From contig JAAOMT010000183.1 in NCBI GenBank assembly GCA_016748015.1, positions 284,708 through 348,707 on the forward strand: a stretch of 64,000 nucleotides of DNA, read 5' to 3'. This document shows, piece by piece, positions 25,672 through 39,500 of the stretch (its first letter is position 1; every line of letters starts with the position of its first letter). The position numbers and the translations under genes were made by a program. A model generated the notes under the pieces. It had not been told where the DNA came from. It saw nothing but the letters and a program-made list of their open reading frames with translations, and did no database searches. This DNA comes from Geosiphon pyriformis uo1. Lineage: Eukaryota; Fungi; Glomeromycota.

Positions 25672-26467
25672 CGTGTGCAAACCGTATTGTAATATTTCAT
25701 ATCAATATTTTCATATCAATATTTTCACTAATAGCTTGTTAAAACACACTTTTAGAACCTTAATCAGGAGATGAGAATTCAAAAATAATCATTCTACAAT
25801 TTATACAGCGAGTTACACTCTTTATTTGCCTCAAAAATGATTTCGAATAAATATTCATGTATAAAAAAACGTTGAGATGCAAATTAATTCTATCCAGATT
25901 ATATGTTGATCAAATCGGTGAATCAAGGTTTCGAGAATAATGATATTATATATACTTTTTATAATGTTTTTGTTCATAAAATGGGTTGAATTTTGAATTT
26001 ATCATTTTATTGAGAGCTAGTCGAATCATATCACTTTACAAACTGTAAGAGAACCATCTGGATGTTGAAGCCTTAATTAAAGATTTTCTCTGAATAGAAA
26101 CATCTAAAATTAAATTTTAAAAACTCCCATTTTTTATTGCGATACATTTTTAGAAATTCAAAAATAACGAGACTCCAATCTCACCTAAACACCTGTTATT
26201 TTCCTTCCCAATAATTAATTCTATGATGAAACATATCCCAAAGTCTCCACCAACATGATATTAAGAATTAGACAAAAACTCGAGAATGATCTCAGGCTTT
26301 AAGATTGTTGCATTATTAAAGATTGCGCATTGACATGTTCGACAAGAGGTGAAAAAAGTACCAATTATTTAGAAAGCCAATTCCAAAAAGATTTCCAAAA
26401 AGATCCTTTTGGACCTGTAGAATAGAGAAGACTTGAATAATTCCGTACAAAAACCAAAAACTAAAGA

Positions 26468-27416
26468 TCATTGAAAAATACCGGCTGTTCCCTTTTTTTC
26501 CACTAGTTCCACATTACTCGGGTGAGAATTTTCATTATTCTTTAAATCTATATCTTTACTCTTGACCTCCTCCAGCCAATATGTTTCACATTGTTGTGCT
26601 GTTTTTGAGGATAGAAATTCAGAAACCATTTCCCAATTTTCGCCGTGCTTTTTAATCGCATTATCAAATAAGAGCTTCTCATCAGGTGTCCAAGTACACA
26701 TTTTAACCTTTCGTGATCCATCCCGAACATCCTTTAATTTAGTGGATGATGGGTAGTCTTCATCGGGAAAGTAGCGAGAAAATATGTCTGCAATATTTTT
26801 CATGTGGAGTTGTTGTTCTGCTTCAAGTTCATCTCTTAACTGAAAACCTTTGATTTCAAATTTACCTTTAACAAAAGTGAAACCAAAAATTTTTAAATTC
26901 ACAAAAAGAATCAAAATTTTTCTTACTCAATATTGAGTGATCTAATTCGATCGAATCCAGTTGTTCTTTTCTGATTTTTGAATCCGTAATAGTCGTTACA
27001 TTATTTTTGGTGAGCATTGCTTTTTTATAACGCAATTCCAGAGCCCCAGCGCTTCTTAAAGATCGGAAAACTTGCTTCGAAATTACTTGCCATTTTTTGC
27101 CAAACTTTTCAACGGCTGCAAGTAAGATACCAACTTCCTCATCAGTCCATATCGCGCCGGGTTGAGTATTATCTATTTTATAGTTATTTGAAAAATTATT
27201 TAATCTTTCCATGTAAAAATTTCTATCCAGATCTGTTTCTTCTTCTAAAACACGCCGTTTTTCAGTTTGACCTTCCGAAGAATAACTGTAAAATCTTGAT
27301 AAAATGTATTCACGGCCATAAAAGAAGTTTAGGTGTTTTTTATTTTTGTTTAAATTTGAAGATTTCAAAGTAGAAAATTTTTTTAATATTTCTGTTCGGA
27401 TTGAAGTGGAATTCAT
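26468..27416 (-). CDS. Two-exon Myb/SANT protein with presequence-like leader
   Basis: WTDEEVGILLAAVEKFGKKWQVISKQVFRSLR and WTPDEKLLFDNAIKKHGENWEMVSEFLSSKTAQQC. An intron with donor at 26926 (GTAAGA) and acceptor at 26866 or 26848 joins the two listed ORFs in frame. Confidence 0.88.
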
Positions 27417-27757
27417 TTTAAAAGATTTACCCAGTAATCATTCATAATTTTCCACAAAAAATAAACAAAGTTGATCATCAACTATGTGATGTTGATGATT
27501 TTGATTTTACAAGGGTTAAAATGTGCGCGTTCACGTGACACCGACCTTTGAACTCATTATTAATAAATAATTTGTTTATATATATATATATATTAAAAAA
27601 TTAGCAATAATTAATATTTTAAAATTAATTATTTTTTCATAAAAAAGTTTTTTTTTGTAAACGTAATAATATGTTAATGCATTAATATATTATTACAAAT
27701 AATAATAATAATAAAAAACATTGAATATTTATATATTAAATATATATAACAAAATTT

Positions 27758-27791
<34 letters not shown>

Positions 27792-28185
27792 TAAAATAAA
27801 AAATAAAAAATTTTAATAAGAAACATAAATTATTTTTTTTCAAAAAATCTCAATTTTTTTTTATGTAAAAAGTGTAAAATAATTTTTTATTATATTTTTT
27901 AATTTAATTTCATTGATTAAAATCGAAAAATAATATTTTTTAAAAAAAAATAATTTAGTATTGTTTTCAATAAACAAATACTTTTGATTTTATTACTTAT
28001 GTTTTAATATTTTAAACAAAATTCAAGTTTTAATAAATATATTAATAATACTAAAAAAAATTATTTGATTTTTTTAATATTGTATAAATTGTAATATTTA
28101 TTACACAAAACTACAAATAAACTTTTATTTAATTTGAAAATTCTTATTTTTATATAAGTAATAAAGAACTTGACAACCAAATTAA

Positions 28186-30925
28186 GAGGATTCTTAAACC
28201 AAGACAAGCTGGCTAAAAATGAAGCTGTGATTAAGTGCAGATCATTAATACATATGATTTGTAAATGCGATTTGATTAGTTAATCATAAGGTAGTAAACA
28301 ATATAGTCACATGCTAGTGCATACAAAAGTTTTTCTGAAAATATTTAAAGTCGGAATTACTATAAGATGCATGAATATAAGTTTTTTGAATTTCTTATTT
28401 CTTTTTCTGTTAATAAAACTTACTAAAAAACTCCTTTTATTATACATTTTCTTAAACTTGCTTTAAACTCATTACTATACATGCTTTTTTCTGTTTTCAC
28501 ACTATTAAAACTATGTTTCATTATTATGTAATTTTTTGTTGTTATTATTCCTGTCTTTCTTGTTACTAAAACTAAATTCGTTACTATACCATATTTTTTT
28601 TCTGTTATTTTTACTCAAGATGCTTCTATTATTATGTTGAACTTTCATGAGCACTATTACAATATCACCAAACCATTCAAACTCTCCATTGAAGAATTTA
28701 ACAATGATTAGATGTTTGTCAACAATTTTTAGATCAAATTTAATGGAAATAAGCAAATAAATGGTGATGAATGGAAAACATATGTCTGTTGCCTCTTCAA
28801 ATCTCAGAAATCAAGTGGGCGTAAAGATAATATTCCTTCTGAAAACCTTTGCATAACTTGGAAACAGACTTCTATCAATTGCAAGACTAGAATAAAAATA
28901 ACTTGGTTTGCTATGACAATAAAAATTTGAATTGAAAAAGTAAAAGATATTTCCGATTATAGTTACTTTTTTGATAAATGTGACATGCGAAAATGGTCAA
29001 AATTTGTCAAAAATATTGTTGCCAAAGAAGCATTCAAAGATTATGAGTCACAAATAATCGCCAATATTGTTCAAAAAAAAATTGAATGATCATATGAAAA
29101 CTCGGGTGTTAAATATCTAAAAACTCAAGTAGTCTTTAACATCAAACACAAGCTTATAGATTTAATGAATTCTTATCTTATTTGTAAATTTAATCTAAAG
29201 ACTGATATTCTTAATGCCAAATAAGTTTCTAGTTGAGAAAAACTATCAGGTAGAACAATTTATTAATCGAAAATCTTGCCAAGATTTTTGTTTTGCAACT
29301 TTAGAATTTGGTATATTACAGATAGCTAACTCTGATCAATTCTATTCATAATGCCAATAAACATAATTAGCACTTGTTTACTATATATATTCGTGATAGC
29401 TGTGAGTGTTGAAATGTTAGCAGACATTTTTTTGTCAATAACAAAAACAATAAGGCAGTTACAGCAGAATTAAAAGACCATTCAAACATTTGCTTTCTAT
29501 TGGACTTCACAATACATGCTTTTTGATCAAAGTAGTGTTGAAGCAAACAGTATTGCAACTATTTTTCCTGGCTTTTATGGAGGAGAGCAAAAGTGTAATA
29601 TTATTTTTTGTACAGTGCATATTGTTCAAACATAGATTAAAAACATTTATTATGGTCAAACTCTTGATAAGATAATACAAGCCAGTGCACAAAACAACTT
29701 AAATTGGCTGTATAGATATCATTCAAGATGCTATAACTAACTGTCTGATCCAAGTAAATACAAAGTATATTTCGAAAAATTACTAAAACAACTCCAACAA
29801 ATAGGCATTTTGGATTCGACAACATTTACTTCTCCTTTTTCATGTAACTTTAACAAACCCTTTTGAGTCTTATCATAATGAGCTTAAAACGAAAACTTCT
29901 TATATACATGGTTTTATTGGTAAAATTTATTTTACTGTTTTTTATAACCAATTTTTTGAATTTGGAGTTTTCATTAAATATTACATTTTTTTAATCTTTT
30001 TATTCATATTTTAATTATTTTATTGATTGTTACATTTACTGATTTCTATTATTTTTTTTATTGTAGATGCATATTATATGATTTTAGAAATTAATGCAAA
30101 GAAATAGGCCATTACAAAAGAAGTTTTTCTTAATTTTCACACCAGAACAATCTCCATTACCAATTTAAGCCCTAAAATTATTAGTGAAATTCACAATTTT
30201 CCTTTTCCAGTTCAGAAACTTATTGCAAAAGAGGTGCATGCTGTTTCAAAGAGATTGCAAGAAGGAAAAGAAGTGCTGGAACTTTTATTTGCAAAATGTA
30301 ATTGCAAATTTTTCCACCAATACATGCTTTCTTGTCGTCATGTCTTTCACAAACAACTTTGTGGTAATATTGATATTTTGACATCTGAGATATGGAGGGG
30401 AGTTTTCAGAGAAACTTTTAAGGAAAGCAGTTTGGAAGTATATTAATCTCGTGGCTTAATGGAAGTACCTCAGCACCAAGAAATTGAAAAGGCCACGGAA
30501 AAAAATCGATTGAAAATGAATGAATTATTTGAAAGAGTTAGAGATCAGTATTATAATTTAGCAAATAAAAAAAACACGAATAAAGTAGAAAGATTTGTTG
30601 TATATTTGAAAGAAGCATTGAGGCCTGTTCTTGAGAAATGATAAAAACAATTAATGATCAGTTTTTAATAAAGAGATGGTAATATGTAAAAAAGTAGAAG
30701 TAGTTTTAGCTTTACAAAAAAAAAACAATTAATGGGTTTTTTGACCAATTTGTAGTAATAAAATTAAACGGTTTTTTTTGCTCACTTTTGTATGTTATTA
30801 ATCTGAATTAGTGAATTAATTTTGTTGGCCAAAATTTATTAAAACTAATTTTATTAGTTTATATCATGTATTGCCGATCAAAAATTGCTAATCGCGTGAC
30901 CGGCTTACCTTGCTTTAAGGACCCC
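28186..30925 (+). mobile_element. Decayed Mutator-like (MULE) DNA transposon with SWIM zinc finger
   Basis: Imperfect TIRs: GAGGATTCTTAAACCAAGACAAGCTGG versus the reverse complement of the right end, GGGGTCCTTAAAGCAAGGTAAGCCGG. Flanks CCAAATTAA (28177-28185) and ACAAATTAA (30926-30934) form an 8-9 bp TSD. SWIM motif CNCKFFHQYMLSCRHVFH near 30300. Many stops. Confidence 0.88.
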
Positions 30926-31688
30926 ACAAATTAATAATCAAGTTAACCACTGGATGAATATTAAAGTCAATAATTAATTCTAAAAATAAAAATTTTAAAT
31001 ATAATTATTAAGATTTGGCAACTTCTTAGAATAAAAACCCCTCATCCACAATTATAATTAAGACCTTTTTATTTTTCAAAAATTGTGGTATAAGTTTCTA
31101 CAGTCAGCGACACAAACAAAATCCGTACAGTCTCAGTGCTCGATTACTTGATGTGGGATCGATTCTACTTTAATAAAAATTATGTCAGATAAGACCAAAT
31201 TCCCCGGCCTTTAAAGGTTTTTCTAGTTGGTTTCTGTTGGAGTATTACGATTTATTCATTTGAAAATTATTTCGTTTCTTTGATTTGATTTGATTTGTAT
31301 TTTGAACGTGGTAAAACTACAAAAAGTATCAGTCCTCAAAACGGAAAAAAAATGATTTTTTCCTTAGGCCTCTAGTTAACCAAATCATAGAAACAAATGC
31401 TACCAAATCATAGAATTAAAATTTGTCACCTTTTAATTGTTTATATACAATGACGAGTAAAATGTTAAAATAACAAGTCTAAATCAACTCTTTATCAGCA
31501 GAGGTAAAATGATAAGGTCGATAAATAGTCGCAGCAATCAAAACATGAAATATTAGTGAGTAGAAAATTCACAGATTTTTCACCATAAAAGGATCGAGTG
31601 AACAGGAAACTTTTATTCTTTCACCTGTTACTATTTTTCCCACCCCACAACACAACACCACACCACACCACACAACTATTAGTTTTGT

Positions 31689-31874
31689 GAACAGCGTCAA
31701 CCTAGAGATAGTGCAATACTAGGGACACTGTGAGCTAAGTTTGGCAAGCCAGGAACTTTGCTCAATTAACAAAAATTAGTCTAATATCGTAAGAGTTCAG
31801 TGAACTCTGTTACAGATATTACACTGTAAAGAACAGATACTACACTTGATCTTAGCCAAAAGGCTTGAGAGGAT
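31689..31874 (-). ncRNA. U2: U2 spliceosomal snRNA
   Basis: Minus strand ATCCTCTCAAGCCTTTTGGCTAAGATCAAGTGTAGTATCTGTTCTT carries the GUAGUA branch-pairing sequence. Stem IIa TACAG/CTGTA, stem IIb AGAGTTC/GAACTCT, Sm site TAATTTTTG, and stem IV loop TATTGCACT are all present. Confidence 0.97.
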
Positions 31875-31904
31875 TAAAGAATTCATTAACGGGGACTCAA
31901 GGAG

Positions 31905-31955
31905 TATATATAATAGTTGAACAGGTGAACATAAATGAATAGTAAATTATGGGAC
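31905..31955 (-). promoter_or_regulatory. Candidate U2 promoter: TATA box plus upstream GTCCCA element
   Basis: TATATATA at about -38..-31 and GTCCCATAATT at about -81..-71 relative to the inferred +1 at 31874. Confidence 0.5.
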
Positions 31956-32512
31956 ATTTTTGATTTTAAATAGGATTTTTTTTTACTGATAATTAACAAT
32001 TATGACTCATTAAAATTTTCAGTAGAAATTTCAGACTCTGCAAACTAAGATCTGGGGATTACTGAAAGCTCAAAAAATAAAAAATCCCATTCTTCTATAA
32101 TAAACGAGCAAAATCCGTTATAATTTTTGATATAAAAAAATTTATTAATAAATAAAAATATTTTTTTTTATTAATCTAGATATCTAGGAAATAATTAGAC
32201 AAAGAATATTTTTATAACATTTTATTATATTTTTATAACATTGTATTATATTTTTATTGAGCACACTTTTAATAATCATTTGTAAAAAAAAATTTTATAT
32301 AAGAGAAAACATGTAGCATTGCTCACATTTCATAAAATTAAATTTTTATCAACATAAAAATTATATCATAGCAGCACTTACCGTTAAAGCATAAATAGTT
32401 TACCCTTTCATTGTGAAATCAATTAAAAAATATTTTATTAACCGCTTTTGAAAATTCAAATTGAGTTAAACGTTGAAGTTGAGAAAATAATTTTATCAGA
32501 AGATTTACTATT

Positions 32513-32549
<37 letters not shown>

Positions 32550-33539
32550 CTTATTCTGGAGAAAATATTTAATAAAGTTTTCTCAAAGTCTCGTATATTA
32601 TTATATTTAGATGAAAGAAATTCTATTTTAAGTGTAAATTTTACCAAAGTTCAATGATTCATGAGAATTTTGATATTTTTCCATTATTTGGGAAACTTGC
32701 CGCTCATGACGTTCATTTTCATTCTCGAGTGCCATGAAAACGTTTTCTTCTTCTTCTTCTTCTTCTTCTTCTATTATTCCAAGTCAAGGTAGGTATGAAA
32801 AATAATGACATGACATGACATGACATGACATGACATGACAGAAAATACATTTGGTCTTTGAATAAAATATTGTATGGTTACTTACTTATTCCATAAAAAA
32901 AGTTTTCAGCAGGGTTGGACTGTATAGTAGTGAGAATTTCAGGCCTGGAATTGTTTTTACTCAACTTTCTATACCTGATCCTTAAACCGAGTGGTGATCT
33001 TTTAGAATGAAAATATTCAGATGAAATAAAATTCCATTTTGGACCATGCTTTTGGATAACCTTGATTAATTTTTCTGTTTCTTCGTCTGTCCATAATCTA
33101 GAAATTGGCTTCCTAAAATTTTCAAAGTTCGGCTGTCAATCATAGATATAGTACTTGCAAAGCTGTTAAAAAACCGATTTGTAAAGGGTATTATCACCTT
33201 TTGGTAGAAGTCTTCACAGGCTCTAATGATAACTTTTTTTCATTTTTGGATAATCTTTCATGATTAGTTGATAAACAACTTTTCACCATTTTGTTTATGT
33301 TTGAAAATTTCTTTATATGAAAGGCTCGAGGGACGATAAACATTTGGCTTTCCTGTGTTGTTGTTTTTAAAAAAAAAACAAAAAAAAAAACAGTGATGAT
33401 CAAACTTTGATTTCATATTTAACTATCTGTTATCTATAATCAGCAGATAAAAAATTTAGGGCGGGAATAAAAATCATTATAATTATCATTATTACCAATA
33501 ATGTACACATATAATTTGTATTCAAACCAAAAATTTAAA

Positions 33540-33573
<34 letters not shown>

Positions 33574-34297
33574 TAATATTTAGATGGACAAAATAAATAT
33601 CTATAAGTGAAAAGTTTTAAATTTTAAGATGCCGTTCTTTCATAATTACTGATTTTTAGCTCTCAATGGAAATTCACCTGGAGTAATATTTATCGTTATT
33701 CTGTATTTTTAAAATAATAATAATTTATTACTTTTCAGCAAAGTAAAATTTTTACTTTTCTCAAATTTGAATGGTATCCAAAGATTTTATAATAAAAGAA
33801 ATCGAGTTTAAAGGAATTAATTTGAGAATCTTGATGATTTAAAGATTAAAATAAAAGTATTTTTAATGAATTTAATGATTTTTTTTTAAAATTTTATTCA
33901 AATGGTTTAAAATACTGAAATTTTCAAAATATTTGTAACCCAAAAAAATATTTTACAAAATATACCAATTATCAGATTTTTATGCTATGACACGCGATAT
34001 AACCTAAGTCACATAAATTTAAATTTATGATATCAATATTTAATTTAAAGAGTGCACAAAATAGGTTTGCGTAAATTTTTTCAATTATCGTATTACCAAT
34101 CTGAAATAATCTTGACTCGATAACTTATTTTTAATCATAAATAAAAAGTGGGATGGTAATACAAATCAAATATTTACATTTATTATTCCGATTCAAAGCG
34201 GAGATGTTATTAAATATTAGGCTCGTGTTATTATTGAAAAATGGACACAGATTTCGTTTTTTATTAATCTAATAAGAAACCTTCCTTCCTTTTTACC

Positions 34298-34359
<62 letters not shown>

Positions 34360-34977
34360 AATCATCATCATCAAAAAAGAATATATTAATTTTTTTTCGT
34401 TTTAATTTCTGCCTTAAATTTTTTTAGTTATTTTACTATTTGATTAAATATTTAATTAAAGTTACATGACTCTCTTTCCAATTAATTGAATTAATTTTAA
34501 AAATTAAAAATTATATGAAATCTTTTTTTATTTTATTTTATTTTGTTTTAGTTTTAATTTTGATGAATTTAATTTTTGCAAAATAAAAATTAAACTTTAT
34601 CATACAATGTAAAAAAGTATAATCACCAATCACGATTTCTCAATTTATTTATTTTTCTCGTTTCACAAATTATACCTATTCTCAACTATTTTAAGCACTA
34701 TTCCATGAACATGTATATCTTTAAAATAAAATAAAATAAAATAAAATAAAATAAAATAAAATAAAACTATCGGAATGATAGGAATTTTTTTAATTGACAT
34801 TATTGAATCCAAATAATCACCTGATTTTTTTGTAACCAAAACTTCATACTTTAAATAAAGTGAAAAGAATTGATAATCATTCCGCAGTTACTATAAGTGG
34901 ATTTCCGTTTTATAAAAATCACTTTTTTTTTTTCCATTCTATAAAAAAATCAATATTGTGTTACAATAATATCGACA

Positions 34978-35008
<31 letters not shown>

Positions 35009-35655
35009 GTAAATTAATAAACCAATTAAAAATCCTAACTTTAAATTTTTTTCCCCCATTAGAACCTTTAACTTTAATTATGTGTATATAAATTAAAAAG
35101 GTCTACAGAATTTTTTAATATACACGATCATGTTACTTAGGAACTCGTAATTTGAAAAAAAAAAAATTCAAATTAACTCATTATATATATTTATAATTTG
35201 AGAGTCACAGAAAACTCTAAAGCTTTCGAGGTAATAATACTGATTGGTGATTTAATAAGTCGAATAATTAAAAAACGTCAATGCGTAAAATACTTTATAC
35301 TTAATTCTTTTTAATTACTATGAATTGATTATAGAGTTTAAAAATTTGATATTTTTCAAAAAAAAAAAAAAAAAAAAAAAAATTTTTTCGTTATTATTAT
35401 TTTTATACTAATTGGAGAGCATTGGTAAATGACCAATTGGGACTTTTTTTTTCCTTTTTTTTTTTTTGAACGGAATAATTCAGACTTCAATAAAAAGTTT
35501 CCATTTGAGTGAAATTGAATAAATTCATCAAACTTTAAAAAAAAAATTCTCCTTTTTTTTGTCTGCAACACATTTCTAAAAATGGTTGGGACGAATGAAC
35601 AAATAAAAATTCCTGTTTTAAAGATTAATAATAATAATAATAATAACAATAATTG

Positions 35656-35696
<41 letters not shown>

Positions 35697-35732
35697 TGAT
35701 AATAATTGATAATAATAATAATAATAATTGAT

Positions 35733-35776
<44 letters not shown>

Positions 35777-37914
35777 TTATAAATAACAATTTTTAGATAA
35801 AGAGTATCATATTGCATTTCACTATTCAAAAAAAAAAAAAAATTTCGTTCTAAACCTTTTATGATTTAAATTTTTACTTCAAGCAAGTTAAATAATTATT
35901 TTTGAGGGTTTCAAGATGTTTAAAAACCATTATTCAAAAAATAATGTTAAAAGTAAAAATAGTTTTAAAAATAGATTTTTTTATCAAGCTTCAAATCTCT
36001 TTTTCAATAAAAAAATTATGTTATTATCACTACCTTTTTAAATTGTGAGCTTTTGATTCCGAATACATTAACTTGATTTAAAATAATGCATAAAAGGTGA
36101 GACTATTCTCAAACTTTATAAGAATCTTAATTTCAGGGTCCCTTATGAAATCTTTTTTTGTAATCTTTTACAAGCATTAAAAAACCCTGTAAAAAAAAAA
36201 TTGTTGCAAATAAGAATGTTTGGGAAGATCACAAAATAAACATGGCAACACATGTAACTATAAGGATAAAATAATTAAAAATAAATAAATAAATGTAAAA
36301 CTCAATATCAAAAACATTATTAATCGATATTTCGAGCTTTATTCGGTATGACAAAAAATCATAAAATTTACATGTAATAAAGCTCCAAGTATTTCGAGTA
36401 AATATTATCATTTGATTTTTAAATAAAATGATCTCATTGGCTTCATGATTCATAGTTAATGGTTTATTATTATATAAAGATTTTTGTAATGATAAATTAA
36501 AATGTTGATTGATTTCACAAAACCTTGTAACTTTCAAATATTACCAAAACAAATAACAATAGGATGATGATTTTCAATTATGTTTGGATAAGATTAGAGA
36601 AGATTAGAGAAGATTAGAGAATAAGGTTTTTAGGAAATTTCCCGGTCATCGATGAGGAGGATAAATAAAAAATGGTTCATCTTTAAATGACGCCATAAAG
36701 GATATGATTATTACTTGCCGAAATTTATTCATTATTGAGCTCAAATACCTGAGATTTTTCGATTGGTAAAATACATATCCTAATCATAAGCATCAAATTA
36801 CGAAAGATAAAAAAAATTTTCTAAAAATTTTCAAATCACTTTCATGAATACACATTTTCCACTCCACTCCCACTCCGGCTCCACTCCACTCTCCCAATCT
36901 AAAAATTGTCATTTCTTTTTGGATCCAAGATGCATATCTGCATCATTCCTAATTCAATGATTTTCGTTACTCAGTGTACCTTTCAAAAAAAAAAAATCTT
37001 GTTCTGTATACCGAAATTGATCAATACCAAAACACCAATGAAATCATTCAAATGCATATCTCACTTTTTGTAATCCGTGATTTCCATGCACGCCATTCGG
37101 TATTAGAACAATAGATGAATATCACTACCTTTTTTTTTTGTAAAAAGCACTTGGGAAATTTCCATCGTTATAATGATTGTTATCAATATTGGGTTAAAAT
37201 TTATTGGTTTTTGTTGTTGTTGTTGTTGTTGTTGTTGTTGCTGTTGTTTTTGTTGTTGTTGTTGTTGCTGTTGTTTTTGTTGTTGTTGTTGTTGTTGTTG
37301 TGTTTCAAAAGAAATTTCATTGCGATGGAATTCAATTATGGAATGAAAATTGATTGAAATTGCATGATCAAAAACATGTTAGAATTGGGGAAATGATTAA
37401 TAAATTAAATTGGAAAAATTGTAATCAAAAACTTAACGGAAATTATTTATAATAATGAGTTGATTTGATTTCAATTGAAAGAAAAACCAAGACAACAAAA
37501 ACTTTACCTACAGTTTCCAATAAAGGCAAAAACAGAAAAAAAATTTCTAAATAAATTGAACTTCTTTCTTTATTCTTTGATTTAACTGGGTAATTCGTTT
37601 GATGCCATTGTCTTTCTACCTTTTTAAGCAGCATACTCCATTCCTAAAGATTTATTCTAATAATTCTCCCTAATCCCCTCCCCTCCTCCCCTACCCTAAC
37701 CTACCCTACCCTACCCTACCCTACCCTACCTCTAGTAATGATTTCAAAAGAGAAAAAAAATTTTTTTTTTCATATTATTATGCACACGCCAAAACCGAAA
37801 ATGTGTCAAGAACGTTTCGATTTCAAAGGTATAAAAAACTTTTGTGACAAAACCTGAATCTTTTGCTAGACACCACTAATGTCAAGTTAAAAAATTGGTA
37901 AAAAAAGGAAAATT

Positions 37915-37975
<61 letters not shown>

Positions 37976-38977
37976 GATAATTTTTGAAATTTTTGACCAA
38001 TTTCCCCTGCTTCCAATTACTTTTTTGAACGAATGTCACACATGCTTCAAAATAATCATGACCTGATCTGCACTCTTTTTTTTTTCTCTTGTTTCTTAAC
38101 CTTTTTTTTTTTCCTTCATTCAATACATTGAATCAGTGATCAATGATTAATAGCATCATTTTGAAACGCGTCAACATTAAGAATCAAATGATTAAAAACA
38201 TCAAACAAAAATAACAACAACAACAAAAAAATATATTTTTAATACATGACTCTACTCCATTGAAAACCCGTTCTGTTAATCAGGGTTTGACCCATCATTA
38301 TAATTATCATGCATAATTTAACGATAACCTGCTTTACAAAAAGAGCGGCAGCAGTAGTAGTAGTAGTAGTAATAGTAGTAGTAGTAGTAATAGTAGTAGT
38401 AGTAGTAGTAGCAGTAGTAGTAGTAGTAATAGTAATAGTAGCAGTGGTAGTAGTAGTAGTAGTAGTAGCAGCAGCAGCAGCTGGTCCCATACTTATCGCA
38501 GGTAACAATAAAAAAATTATTGAAAAAAAAAAAGTAATTCAACCTATTTTTATGCAAAGTGATCACCTGCTGCTTAATTTTTAAGCCTGGATTGTTTATT
38601 CAATATGTATATATTTATATATTTATATAAATATAAAAGTTAAAAGTATTTAGGAACATCAACTTGGTAAAACGTGAAACTAGTCTGCGAAACGCATAAA
38701 AACCCATTCATGATTTTTTTTAATTTGCTCCTTTTTTTTTATTATTCTTTTTTCTTTTTCTTATCATCTTCTTCGCTTTCATTATTTTACATGAAAAAAT
38801 TTTATTCATTCAATTCTTCCCAATTTGATAATTTTCAAATAATATTCAATTTCTTTTTTAACTTTTACGAATTTAAAAATTTTTGCAAAAACGGACAAAC
38901 TAAAGGAACGCTCATCCAAAATTTTTCAAATAGAAAAAAAAAACGATATCAGTTCAAGACTTTACAATAAATTCACC

Positions 38978-39460
38978 ATGAGCACCTTTAGCTGGCGAAA
39001 TAAAAGTCTGATAAGACGAGACACGAGTAGTAGCAGTAACAGTAGTAATATAAGTATGGCAACAAGTAGCAGCTCAAATATTTTAAGTGATCGGTCAAGC
39101 AGTCCCATCACGTCAACAACTTCTTCCACGGAAACACAATTAATAGCTGAAAAATCTTTTCGAGCTCAAATGATAAGAAGCATTGACGAATTAGCATTAC
39201 ATTTATACCAAGAAGAAGAAGCTGCAAAATTGGAACAATCAAATAGACCACAATTGAGACATTTTATACATAAATTAGTTTGGAATGGTATCACTTCAAA
39301 AATAGTAGCTCTAATGTTAAAGGAGGGAAAAAATCGAGTTTTAGATGTTGGGTAGGTAACAAAGAAATGTGATTTTGGTGTGTGTATGTATGTATGTATG
39401 TATGTATGTATGTATGTATGTATGTATGTATGTATTTATGTATATATGTATGTATGTATG

Positions 39461-39500
<40 letters not shown>

